Part shown: piece after piece, positions 1-8,476 of the stretch
Layout: each line of letters starts with the position of its first letter
How positions within the stretch are numbered: position 1 is the stretch's first letter
Origin: Polyangiales bacterium
GTDB taxonomy: Bacteria > Myxococcota_A > Polyangia > Polyangiales > Polyangiaceae
Assembly (NCBI GenBank): GCA_038230375.1
Contig: JBBRNJ010000126.1
Coordinates: 1-17,206, forward strand
Length of the DNA: 17,206 bases
Reading direction: 5' to 3'
The notes under the pieces: model-generated
The model's database searches: none
Seen by the model: only the letters and a program-made list of their open reading frames with translations
Told to the model about the DNA's origin: nothing
Position numbers and translations under genes: made by a program

Positions 1-2
1 AC

Positions 3-194
3 GACTTCGACACCGACGACGACCTCGACTTCGACACCGACGACGACCTCGACTTCGACACCGACGACGACCTCGACTTCGACACCGACGACGACCTCGA
101 CTTCGACACCGACGACGACCTCGACTTCGACTTCGACTCCGACCCCGACCCCGACCCCGACCTCGACCTCGACCTCGACTTCGACTCCGACCTC
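3..194. repeat. GACNNC hexamer tandem array; five exact 24-bp higher-order units followed by 12 variant hexamers
   Basis: GACTTC-GACACC-GACGAC-GACCTC occurs five times at 3-122, followed by GACTTC/GACTCC/GACCCC/GACCTC hexamers to 194. All 32 hexamers fit GAC-N-N-C. The array probably continues left of the window. Confidence 0.97.
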
Positions 195-413
195 CCCCTC
201 CCTCTACACCTCCGCCCTGTACTCGACCTTCTTCTGACGCTCGGCGGGTGTGGGCTGCAGTTCGCGGTGACAATCCTGGTTCACGTGTGAACCGAAGGAC
301 ACGGCGTGGGCGATCGGTCGGGTTTTGTGCAGGATCGGGCGGCCGCCCGTTGGGGGCTTCTGCATGTGGGCCCGTGGGCACGTCGGTTGCTCGTACCTGG
401 GTAGGAGATTCCG

Positions 414-992
414 ATGAAATCCCTTCTTCTGCCGATGGTTCTGCTTTTTCCTTCGCTCGGACTCGTGGCTGGCTGTCGTGGGCAGGCGATCGATGATCGT
501 GCACAACGCGAGATCGCGAGCATCCACGACGACACGACGAGCCTGCTGATCGAGGCATCTTGCCCGGACGGCGCGGTGCTGCACGCCGAGTGCGGGCTCG
601 TCTCTCAGCGCGTGGCAATGCCCGACTTCCGCGAGACCTTCACGGCCAAGAAATGCACCGACGACACCACGCAGGTCTGCCAGGAGAAATTCGACCAGGC
701 GGTGAACACGTGGATGGGGCAGCGCTACCCGCTCGCCGATATCGGCGCGGTGGAGGCCGCGTGTGAGGCGCACCCCGAACGCTGCGACGATCCCAAGGTC
801 TACGAGCAGCTGCTCATGTCTTCACACAACAACGCGCTGAGCCGGATCGACTGGCACCGCACGAGCGACGCCGTGGCTCGACGCGAGATGCGACACGCGA
901 TCGACGACGCTCAGACCACCGACGATGTGCTGCTCGGCGTCGCGGTGGTCGGTCTGGCGCTGGCAACGCCGCATCACCACCATCACTGGTAG
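414..992 (+). CDS. Hypothetical Cys-rich lipoprotein with C-terminal hydrophobic segment and poly-His tail
   Basis: SD-like TAGGAG upstream of the ATG; signal peptide ending in a LVAG-C lipobox; six further Cys; ends VLLGVAVVGLALATPHHHHHW; GC3-rich body. Confidence 0.8.
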   Translation: MKSLLLPMVLLFPSLGLVAGCRGQAIDDRAQREIASIHDDTTSLLIEASCPDGAVLHAECGLVSQRVAMPDFRETFTAKKCTDDTTQVCQEKFDQAVNTWMGQRYPLADIGAVEAACEAHPERCDDPKVYEQLLMSSHNNALSRIDWHRTSDAVARREMRHAIDDAQTTDDVLLGVAVVGLALATPHHHHHW

Positions 993-1022
993 CCGCTGGA
1001 GGACCACGCGACCTGCAGCGGC
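992..1022. terminator. Possible stem-loop between convergent stop codons
   Basis: GCCGCTG-G-AGG ... CCT-G-CAGCGGC inverted repeat fills the gap between the stops at 992 and 1025. There is no U-tract. Confidence 0.3.
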
Positions 1023-1024
1023 GG

Positions 1025-2092
1025 CTACTTCGTCCACTTCCTGGTCGCTGCGTCGTACGCGACCATCGACGCGACAGGCGGCGGCTGGCCTGCGGATGCT
1101 CCCGCGCTCGAACCGCCGACAACAAGCACGCGTCCGTCCGACACGCTCGCGATGCTGTTCCAGCCGCGCGCCTCGGGCATGGATGGGAGATCCTTCCAGC
1201 CTGCGCCCGGCGTGAAGACCTCCGCCTTGTCCAGGAACGCGGACGTGGGGCCACCAAGTCCGCCGGCGACGTAGATCTTCCCGTCCTTGCCGAGCGTCGC
1301 TCCGAACCAGTAGCGCTCGACCAACAGCGGTGCCGCGGTCGTCCATGTACCAGCCTTCGGGTCCAGCACCTCCACGACGGCGAGCGGCGTGTTGTCCATG
1401 TCTCGTCCGCCGATCGCGTAGACAAGTCCGTCTGCGCCGGTCACGGCTTGCAGCGCAAGGCGCGGCGTCGGCATGCTCGGGCCCGCGACCCATGCCTTCG
1501 TGTCCGGGGACCACACCTCCACCACGGCAGAGGGCATCCCATCCGCCGTGCGTCCACCGATCGCGAAGACGCGACCATCCGCGATCGCTGCGGCTGCGAC
1601 GCCCAGCCGCGGGGTGGGAAGGTCCGCGCCCTTCTGCCATGTGTCGGTGGTCGGCGAGTACATCTCCACGCTCGCGATCGGATTCTTTCCGTCGGTCGTG
1701 CCGGAGATGAGGAGCACGTCACCGCTCGCGGCCTGCGCAGCGGCGTGACCGTAGCGACGTGTGGTGCCGGACGCCCCCTTCGTCCATTCGTTCTTCGCGG
1801 GATCGTACGACTCGACCGACGACGAGAGGCCCAGCGCCGACAGACCTCCGAACACGCGCACGCGACCGTCCGTGCACGAGACCGCGGCGAAGAGCTCGCG
1901 CGCCACGTTCATGGACCCGAGCGGTGCGACCGTGCCCGCATCTCCCGACTGCGCGGCGCCCGCGTCCGCAGAGGCGACGGGCGAGCCTGCATCGCCGTCG
2001 GTGGTGTCGTGCGTGGAGCTCTGCGACCCTCCGCAGTGCATCGTGAGCATGGCGAGCATCAGAAGGCCGAGCGAGCGCGTGTGAGTTCTCAT
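1025..2092 (-). CDS. Kelch-repeat (six-blade beta-propeller) lipoprotein
   Basis: Six repeats of the form R..(G/A)AA....DG(R/K)V..(I/F)GG......VE.(Y/W)DP....W; N-terminal signal peptide ending TMH-C; Ser/Gly/Ala linker. Start is ATG 2092 or TTG 2101. Confidence 0.9.
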   Translation of the reverse strand: MRTHTRSLGLLMLAMLTMHCGGSQSSTHDTTDGDAGSPVASADAGAAQSGDAGTVAPLGSMNVARELFAAVSCTDGRVRVFGGLSALGLSSSVESYDPAKNEWTKGASGTTRRYGHAAAQAASGDVLLISGTTDGKNPIASVEMYSPTTDTWQKGADLPTPRLGVAAAAIADGRVFAIGGRTADGMPSAVVEVWSPDTKAWVAGPSMPTPRLALQAVTGADGLVYAIGGRDMDNTPLAVVEVLDPKAGTWTTAAPLLVERYWFGATLGKDGKIYVAGGLGGPTSAFLDKAEVFTPGAGWKDLPSMPEARGWNSIASVSDGRVLVVGGSSAGASAGQPPPVASMVAYDAATRKWTK

Positions 2093-2146
2093 GGCCAGCA
2101 AGATGCCTTCCGCAGGGCCGCGCCGCTGCGCGTTTCGTGCGGTTCG

Positions 2147-3004
2147 CTAGGCGGATCGTGCTTCGCGCAGCACGTCTGTCGGGAGCTTGCCGGTGTGCTT
2201 CTTGAACATGCGCGAGAACCGGCTGAAGTCCGAGAATCCAGAGGAGATCGCCGCCTCCGTGACGCTCGAGTGACCGCTGCGAAGGAGCTCCGCGGCGCGC
2301 GCGAGGCGCACCTTGAGCAGGTACTGGTAGGGCGCCTGCCCGACCTCGTCGCGGAAGAGGCGGCTGAAATGGAAGCGGCTCATGTTCGCCGTCTTCGCAA
2401 GGTCGTCCACGCTGAGCGCCTCTGCGAACGACGCATTCATCTGCGCGATCGCGCGCAGCACGCGCGGGTCACGGCCCAGCGTCTTCGCGGAGCGCGGCGC
2501 ACGACGAAGCATCTCGATGACCACGCTGTCCGCGAGCGCCTCGGCGGCGCGCGTGTGCCCCGCCTCGCCTTCGGTCACCTCGTCGCAGAGCACGCGGAGC
2601 AGCGAGCGCATGCGATGGTTGTCCGACTTGCCACGAGCAAGCACGCCCGCGGTGAGCACGCCGCGCTGCACCTCCGGGCCCATCGCGTCGGAGACCTCGC
2701 GGATCAGGTCCTCTCCGATCCACAGCGCAACGCCGCGCATGTCGGTCAGGAACGTGGTGCGGTGGTCCGCCTCATGCGGCACCACCATCACGTCACCCGC
2801 CGTGACGACATGCTCACGCCCGCCAATCTCGTAGCGAACAGTCCCCGCCTCGATGAGCGTGAGCTCCACCGCGTGGTGAGCCGCCGCCCCCGAGACCACC
2901 GCGGTCGGCTGCTTCTCCCACCCCCGAACGCGGAGCTGGGAGCTCACGGCCCGATCGAGCTTCAAGAACTCGTAGACATGCCGAGCGGCGTTCACGTCTG
3001 CCAT
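2147..3004 (-). CDS. AraC/XylS family transcriptional regulator with N-terminal cupin domain
   Basis: C-terminal double HTH (LSVDDLAKTANMSRFHFSRLFR ... VTEAAISSGFSDFSRFSRMFKKHTGKLP); cupin-like HHAVELTLIEAG ... AGDVMVVPHEADH. Confidence 0.93.
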   Translation of the reverse strand: MADVNAARHVYEFLKLDRAVSSQLRVRGWEKQPTAVVSGAAAHHAVELTLIEAGTVRYEIGGREHVVTAGDVMVVPHEADHRTTFLTDMRGVALWIGEDLIREVSDAMGPEVQRGVLTAGVLARGKSDNHRMRSLLRVLCDEVTEGEAGHTRAAEALADSVVIEMLRRAPRSAKTLGRDPRVLRAIAQMNASFAEALSVDDLAKTANMSRFHFSRLFRDEVGQAPYQYLLKVRLARAAELLRSGHSSVTEAAISSGFSDFSRFSRMFKKHTGKLPTDVLREARSA

Positions 3005-3098
3005 TCAGCAACAACGATGCCAGGCTCACGAACGCACAAAACACCGCAAAATAGAGCTAATCGTCAACAATTGCACGACCGAGCACCCCGCGCGGCCG

Positions 3099-3974
3099 TC
3101 ATTTGTCCTCGTAGCCGAGCGCGACATCCACCCCACGCTCCTTGAAGAGGCGCTGGACCGTGGCCTCGAATGCCAGGCGCGTGCTGCCATCGAGGCCCGC
3201 GGCTATCTCGTCCGGGCTCCCGCTGCCGAAGCGATTCTGGTGCACGTACACGGTTGCGATCCCGGGTGCGTCCTCGTCCACGGTGACCTCCGCCATGAGC
3301 GCCGCATCGGCCAGGCGGTACAGCATCACCTGCGCCGTGTAGTGCCCTGGCTGCATCATGTTGTCTCCATTCACCACGCTGCGCTCGAACCTCTTCTTGC
3401 GCGCGACGACGACGTACGTGAGGCGCGTGACGGCCTTTGTCAGACGCTGGGCGCCCTTCCTCTGGAAGCTCTTCACGGCATCGTTGTCATAGAGCTTGGT
3501 GAAGTTCGAGAAGAGGAGGTCGGGCACGTAGTGACCACGGCGATCGCCGCAGAGCCACGCGATCTCGCCGAGCTCTATCGCGTCGGCGTTGCCCCGCGGG
3601 TTCTCCGAAGAGATCTTGTCGTAGTCGGGCGCGAAGAAACCAAGCAGACGTATCGCGTCGGGGACCGTCACCTTCGGGGCCGCCCGTGCAGCGTCGCTCG
3701 CGCCTGGAGCCGGGTTCGGCGGCGAAGGGCGCGCGTTCTCCGCGTCCAGGATCTTGCAGTATTGCGCCTTGATCGGGTCGGTGTGGGGACGCTCCGCCGC
3801 GATCACCCGCTCTGCGTCGAAGTACCAGCTTGCGACCAGCGCCCCGATCGCCAGCAACACGACAAGGCCAAGCACCGCGAACACCTTGTTCCGCAAGCGC
3901 CTCCTGTCCGCCAAGAGCTTCGCGCGGAACTCGGCGGCAGGGTCATCCAACCCAGGCGTGAGATGCAGTCCCAT
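3099..3974 (-). CDS. Hypothetical single-pass membrane-anchored protein
   Basis: Basic stretch, one TM segment (VFAVLGLVVLLAIGALVASWYF), Pro-rich linker and soluble domain; codon bias fits coding; co-oriented with the upstream genes. Confidence 0.75.
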   Translation of the reverse strand: MGLHLTPGLDDPAAEFRAKLLADRRRLRNKVFAVLGLVVLLAIGALVASWYFDAERVIAAERPHTDPIKAQYCKILDAENARPSPPNPAPGASDAARAAPKVTVPDAIRLLGFFAPDYDKISSENPRGNADAIELGEIAWLCGDRRGHYVPDLLFSNFTKLYDNDAVKSFQRKGAQRLTKAVTRLTYVVVARKKRFERSVVNGDNMMQPGHYTAQVMLYRLADAALMAEVTVDEDAPGIATVYVHQNRFGSGSPDEIAAGLDGSTRLAFEATVQRLFKERGVDVALGYEDK

Positions 3975-4000
3975 GGGCGACCGAGGGTACTAGATCTGGA

Positions 4001-5575
4001 TCATTCCAGCTTCGGGAAGCGGAGTAACTGGCGCCACTCGGGGACCATGTTGTCGTCCGTGATGAGCCGCGCGTCTTTCGTGCGCAGGAGCACGCTGTCG
4101 CGCGCCTCGAGCCCGCGGTCCGTTGGCGTCGCGTTGATCGTGTCCGCGTAGGCAAGCAGATCGTCGTAGAGCTCCTGCCCGTTCTTGGTGCTGCGATCGA
4201 TCGCGGGCGAGCCGTCCAGGCTGAACTCCTGCAGCACGTGCTCCCAGCGCCCCTTGTCGAACGAGAGCGGCGAGTCGCTCACGGCCATGAAGTTGTAGAC
4301 GCGCATCGCGAAGGGCCACTCCGTCGCGGCGGTCTTCTGCACATCGTCGCTGGACGTGGAGTTGAAGAAGAACACGCCGCCCGGCGCCAGGTGGGCCCGG
4401 ACGAGTTGCATGCATTCTACACTCAACAAGTTCGTGATGTGGGCGCGCCAGTGCCATGTCGTGTTCTGCACGAGCACGTCGAAGCGCTCGTCCGGGTGGC
4501 GGTTCAGCCAGCGGCGGCCGTCGTCGATGTCGATGTGCACCTTGGGGTTCGTCAAGAGGTCCCGCACCTCTTCGTGGCGCGAGATGAGCGTGAGGTAGCC
4601 CGGGTTGATCTCGACGATCGTGAGGCTCTCCACGCCGGGCAGGTGCGCGATCACCTGCGCCCACGAGCCCGAAGCCAGGCCCACCATGAGGATGCGCGCG
4701 GGCTTCGGTGACAGAGCGCCAATGCCGTACGCGCGCAGGATGCCGTTGCGGTCGTACACGATCGACGTGTTGAAGCGCCCGTCGTACGCGCCGCCGCCGT
4801 AGACCGTGCCGTCCTGCGTGACGGCGATCACGCCGCTCTTGGTCTCGATGAGGTCGGCGAAGTGCGTGTCGTCCTTGAAGTCCGACTGGTAGAGAAGGCG
4901 CTCGTAGATGCGGTCGTAGACGCGCTCGTTCATGACGCCAATGACGATCGCCCCGAGCGACACGCCTGCGATCGCAAGCTGAAAGCTCCTGCCCTTGAGG
5001 CCCGACGCGAACACCATCACGAACACCAGGCACAGCCCGATCACCGCGATGGTGCGGCCGATCTGGGGCGTGGACATGCGATCCATGAACACGAAGCCCG
5101 TGACCAGGCTGCCCGCGGACGAGCCGACGATGTTTGCAAGATACACATAAGAGAGCCGCTGCCCGGCCTTCTGGTCCGGCGCGATGCCGAAGTGACAGAC
5201 CAGCGGAAGGATCGACCCGAGCAGCCCCGCGGCCACGGCCACACCAGCGAGCGGCGGCAGCCACGTCCACTTTGCGAGCCACGCAAAGAGCGGCGCGACC
5301 AGCCATGCGGCGATGTTCGCGAAGAACGTGAACGCGGCGAGCGCGCGCATGGGCCGCGGATCGCCCTCGGCCGCGTCGTCCTTGCAGAAGCGCCCCGACA
5401 CGCGTGAGCCCACCGCGATGCCGAAGAGGTACGCCGCGAGCAACAGGCCGAAGGCGCTCGGAAGACCCCACGTGGCGGAGGCGATGATGCGGTACCAGAG
5501 GATCTCGTAGCTGAGCGCGACGAAGCCCGAGAGCCCGGCGATGACGAGCACCAGCTGGAAGCGCGTGAGCTTCAA
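4001..5575 (-). CDS. Membrane-associated spermidine synthase-like protein / class I SAM-fold transferase (second TM module plus catalytic domain)
   Basis: TM module with SGFVALSYEILWYR and YLANIVGSSAGSL; Rossmann motifs ILMVGLASGS, VEIN, DDGRRWL, HLAPGG. The start is re-assigned to TTG at 5575, which overlaps the upstream TGA (TTGA) and has GGAGG about 6 nt upstream. The ORF-track extension to 6190 reads as shadow. Confidence 0.85.
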   Translation of the reverse strand: MKLTRFQLVLVIAGLSGFVALSYEILWYRIIASATWGLPSAFGLLLAAYLFGIAVGSRVSGRFCKDDAAEGDPRPMRALAAFTFFANIAAWLVAPLFAWLAKWTWLPPLAGVAVAAGLLGSILPLVCHFGIAPDQKAGQRLSYVYLANIVGSSAGSLVTGFVFMDRMSTPQIGRTIAVIGLCLVFVMVFASGLKGRSFQLAIAGVSLGAIVIGVMNERVYDRIYERLLYQSDFKDDTHFADLIETKSGVIAVTQDGTVYGGGAYDGRFNTSIVYDRNGILRAYGIGALSPKPARILMVGLASGSWAQVIAHLPGVESLTIVEINPGYLTLISRHEEVRDLLTNPKVHIDIDDGRRWLNRHPDERFDVLVQNTTWHWRAHITNLLSVECMQLVRAHLAPGGVFFFNSTSSDDVQKTAATEWPFAMRVYNFMAVSDSPLSFDKGRWEHVLQEFSLDGSPAIDRSTKNGQELYDDLLAYADTINATPTDRGLEARDSVLLRTKDARLITDDNMVPEWRQLLRFPKLE

Positions 5576-6300
5576 GACTCTCCTCCCTGCGGTCGGGCGT
5601 CCTGCACAAGGTCCTCGCCGGCCTCTGGAACCGGCGGCTTCTCCGCGGGCACGCTCTTCACCGGCGCGCTCTTCGTCATGCGATGCATCGCGTACACGAC
5701 GACGCTGATGGTGAGGTTGCAGATGGCTGCAATATGCACGCTTCCGCGCTGACCCTGGTGCGGGAGCAGCAGCGTGACGGACGCCGCGGATGCGAACGCG
5801 GAGCCGAGCGTGTTCACGAAGTAGAGCGTGCCGACGCTCTTCCCGACGTTCTTCGACGAGCGGACCAGGAAAGAGACCAGCAGCGGCAGCGTGGCGCCCA
5901 TCATGAGCGTGGGCACGAGCACCAGCATGAACGTGATGAGCCCCGTTCCGAGCGTGCTCATACCCAGCGTCACCTTGCCGACGACCGCGAAGAAATCGAG
6001 CGAGAAATAGCCAAAAACGCCGATGACGAGCTCGACGATGGCGAACAGGAGCAGCGTGGGGCGCTTCGGGTCCTTCGAGATCGCGCCGCCACCAAGGCTG
6101 CCAAGGCCGAGCCCCAGCATGAACGCCGAGACGATCATCGTGACCGACTCCACGTTGATGCCGTAGATGGCGTAGAGCGAGCGCTGCCACACGACCTGAT
6201 AGACGAGCGCCGCGAACCCGGACGCCGTGAAGAGCAGGTAGAGGAACAGGCGGCTCGAGAGGCTCTGTCCCGGATCGTCGGGGCTTCGTGAGTCAGTCAT
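5572..6300 (-). CDS. Integral membrane protein; N-terminal TM module of the fused MFS/spermidine synthase family
   Basis: LFTASGFAALVYQVVWQRSL, AFMLGLGLGSLGGG, PTLMMGATLPLL and VGTLYFVNTLGS are typical of the membrane part of fused spermidine synthases. Confidence 0.88.
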   Translation of the reverse strand: MTDSRSPDDPGQSLSSRLFLYLLFTASGFAALVYQVVWQRSLYAIYGINVESVTMIVSAFMLGLGLGSLGGGAISKDPKRPTLLLFAIVELVIGVFGYFSLDFFAVVGKVTLGMSTLGTGLITFMLVLVPTLMMGATLPLLVSFLVRSSKNVGKSVGTLYFVNTLGSAFASAASVTLLLPHQGQRGSVHIAAICNLTISVVVYAMHRMTKSAPVKSVPAEKPPVPEAGEDLVQDARPQGGES

Positions 6301-6345
6301 CGCGCGGGCGGTTGTAGTCGAATTTTCCCCCGCGCGGGAGTCTGG

Positions 6346-8391
6346 TCACATCGGGCAAGCCGTGCCCAGCGGTGCCACGGCGGGGACAGTGGCCTTGCCC
6401 GTCTTCAGGAAGGACTCGAAGAAGCAGCCGTACTGGTACTTCACGCTGTCGAGCTGCTTGTAGATCGCGTGGCCGTCGGGCTCGATGCCGTCCTGGTGGT
6501 ACTGGACGGTGACGCCGGTGTAGGGCGTGCCGCTCTCGCTGGTGAGGTTCATGCTGATCGCGTACGGGCGCAGGCCATCGAGCTTCTCGAGCTTGAGTGC
6601 ATCCTGCATGGATGCCCACTGCGGCTCGCCGGCCTGCGGATGACCGTAGGCAAGAGCCACTGCGTCGTAGACCTCCGGCGGGAAGTAGGAGTCGTTGATG
6701 CCGACGGGCTCGTAGATGGGGCGCGTGGGATGCCCCGCGAGCGGGCGCCGTGCGAGGCGCGGCATGTAGACGATGGGCTCCGCCGGCTCCCACCCCGTCT
6801 CGCCAATGACGAGCGCGGGATGCATGAACGAGAGCTTCACGGTGGTGCCGAAGAGCAGCGCGCCGAGCGCCGTGCCTGCGTGCGGAATGATGGACGTCTT
6901 CAGGATGAAGTACGACCAGAAGCCGCCTGCGCCGGTGGGGACGGACGCCTTGATGCGCGGCTCCACGGCGCTGATCAGATTCGTGTACATTCCACCCATC
7001 GACTGACCCTGCGCAAGGAGCTGGTCCTCCTTGAAGCGAATCTGGGTCTCGTTCGCGGGGAGCGTGACGCCGGTGCACGTGCCCAGGACCGCGGGATCGA
7101 TCGTGAGCGTGCGGAGCGCCTCGATGAAGAGCCTCTGCTCGACCACGCCCTGACGGAACGTGTCGCGGAATGCGGCCAGGTTGTTCAGGTTCAGGTACTC
7201 GGTGTCGGTCGCGTTGGGAAAACGCTCGGGATTCAGCGGCAGCGCGGAGGCGGCCGCGGCGATGCCATGCGGCGCGAGAACGTAGGCGGGCCCCTGGTGG
7301 GCCACGTCGGGACCGCCTGCGACCTTCACGGGCCCGCGATCGAAGACCGCTGTGGAGAGCCCGCCGGACCCGTGGAAGTAGGCGACGAGCGGGAATCCGC
7401 CGCTCGGCATTGCGCCCTTGGGGATGGAGATTGCGATCGGGGCGTCGACCTCGCCTTGCTTCACGGGAAGACCGTCTGCGCCGGTGACGAAGAGCCCCTT
7501 CGAATCGAACGGCGCCGCGCCCTCCTGGAACTGCGGGTACGTCACCTTGCCCACGAGCTCGCAGTTCTTGGACTGGTCGCCATCCTTGCGGAGCGCGAGA
7601 CCGCTCACCTGCACCTTGTACTTTGCCACCAGCTTGGTGGTGAGGTCGAACGTGTCCTTCACGACGTCGCCCGTGGTGAAGACGGTCGCTGCGGCAACCT
7701 CGTCCGTGTTCACGCCCTTCGCCGCGAGCGTGGAGAAGAGCGGCGCGTACAGGCCGGACAGCTCCGGGCCGCGCGGGATTGCAGGCGTCTCGCCGTGGGC
7801 CAGCGAGCGCATCGTGCCGGACACGCCGAGCGGCGCGCCGGTCGCATCGCCGAAGCTGCGCATGATCACGAACGCGTACTTGCGCAGAGGCGAGAGCACG
7901 ATGCCCGGACGCGGCGCGACGGCCAGCAGATTGTCTGGCGTGTACCGGTCGGCGGCTGGCGTGGCAGCGACGGTGGGGTACAGCGTGCCCTTGTCCTTCG
8001 ACGCGTCGTCGATGTCGATGAGCAGGACGGGTGCGTCCGGCGTGGCGGCGATCAAGTCCTCTGGCGCATGTGCGGCGAGCGGAAGCGTGAACTGGAAGAA
8101 CGCAGTGGAGACGGTGGCGAAGCCCTTGCGCTGCCCCGCGATGCTGACGAGCGGCCCGATGATCGCGTTCTGGTGCTCGGGGAAGCCAGCAAGGTCCGGC
8201 GTGCCCTCCGCGGTGAGGCGGAGATCCGAGGGGTATGGCGCCTGGTAGAAGCCGGCGAGATCGGTGAAGCCGGCGCTGTAGTCCAGGACGAGCTCACTCT
8301 TCGGCGCGGCGCTCTGGGAGGAGCCACACCCGACGGCGATCTGGGCAGCGACAGTGACGAGCCCGACCAACAAGGTGCGCGACGGAATCAT
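6346..8391 (-). CDS. Alpha/beta-hydrolase fold lipoprotein (lipase/esterase-like)
   Basis: Lipobox IAVG-C; YFHGSGG oxyanion-type motif; GQSMGG nucleophile elbow; candidate Asp (GINDSYF) and His (DGHAIY); GGGAG SD upstream. Confidence 0.85.
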   Translation of the reverse strand: MIPSRTLLVGLVTVAAQIAVGCGSSQSAAPKSELVLDYSAGFTDLAGFYQAPYPSDLRLTAEGTPDLAGFPEHQNAIIGPLVSIAGQRKGFATVSTAFFQFTLPLAAHAPEDLIAATPDAPVLLIDIDDASKDKGTLYPTVAATPAADRYTPDNLLAVAPRPGIVLSPLRKYAFVIMRSFGDATGAPLGVSGTMRSLAHGETPAIPRGPELSGLYAPLFSTLAAKGVNTDEVAAATVFTTGDVVKDTFDLTTKLVAKYKVQVSGLALRKDGDQSKNCELVGKVTYPQFQEGAAPFDSKGLFVTGADGLPVKQGEVDAPIAISIPKGAMPSGGFPLVAYFHGSGGLSTAVFDRGPVKVAGGPDVAHQGPAYVLAPHGIAAAASALPLNPERFPNATDTEYLNLNNLAAFRDTFRQGVVEQRLFIEALRTLTIDPAVLGTCTGVTLPANETQIRFKEDQLLAQGQSMGGMYTNLISAVEPRIKASVPTGAGGFWSYFILKTSIIPHAGTALGALLFGTTVKLSFMHPALVIGETGWEPAEPIVYMPRLARRPLAGHPTRPIYEPVGINDSYFPPEVYDAVALAYGHPQAGEPQWASMQDALKLEKLDGLRPYAISMNLTSESGTPYTGVTVQYHQDGIEPDGHAIYKQLDSVKYQYGCFFESFLKTGKATVPAVAPLGTACPM

Positions 8392-8448
8392 GACGCTCCC
8401 ACGTAGCCCGCAGGACGGAACTCGTCGAGGTAACGGCAGAATCTATCT

Positions 8449-8463
8449 TCGCACGGGGTTTGC
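8449..8463 (+). promoter_or_regulatory. Sigma-54-like -24/-12 element (one mismatch)
   Basis: TCGCAC-GGGGT-TTGC compared with consensus TGGCAC-N5-TTGC; the predicted +1 (~8475) is next to ATG 8477. The mismatch falls in the normally conserved GG. Confidence 0.35.
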
Positions 8464-8476
8464 TTCATCGTCGCTC

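Noticed and set aside
3..194. CRISPR array
   Set aside because: The units are contiguous hexamers with no unique spacers, and no cas genes are present.
204..773. Minus-strand 189-aa ORF
   Set aside because: It is mostly antisense to the better-supported lipoprotein gene and has no recognisable motif. Its last codons could be a gene remnant, but this cannot be supported.
1448..3145. 565-aa plus-strand ORF (and similar long ORFs such as 6469..8406 and 3990..5609)
   Set aside because: These are Arg/Ala/His-rich shadow frames typical of high-GC DNA, overlapping genes with clear family motifs.
5576..6190. N-terminal extension of the 729-aa ORF
   Set aside because: It is an out-of-frame overlap with the real membrane gene and its translation is shadow-like; a TTG start with SD exists at 5575.
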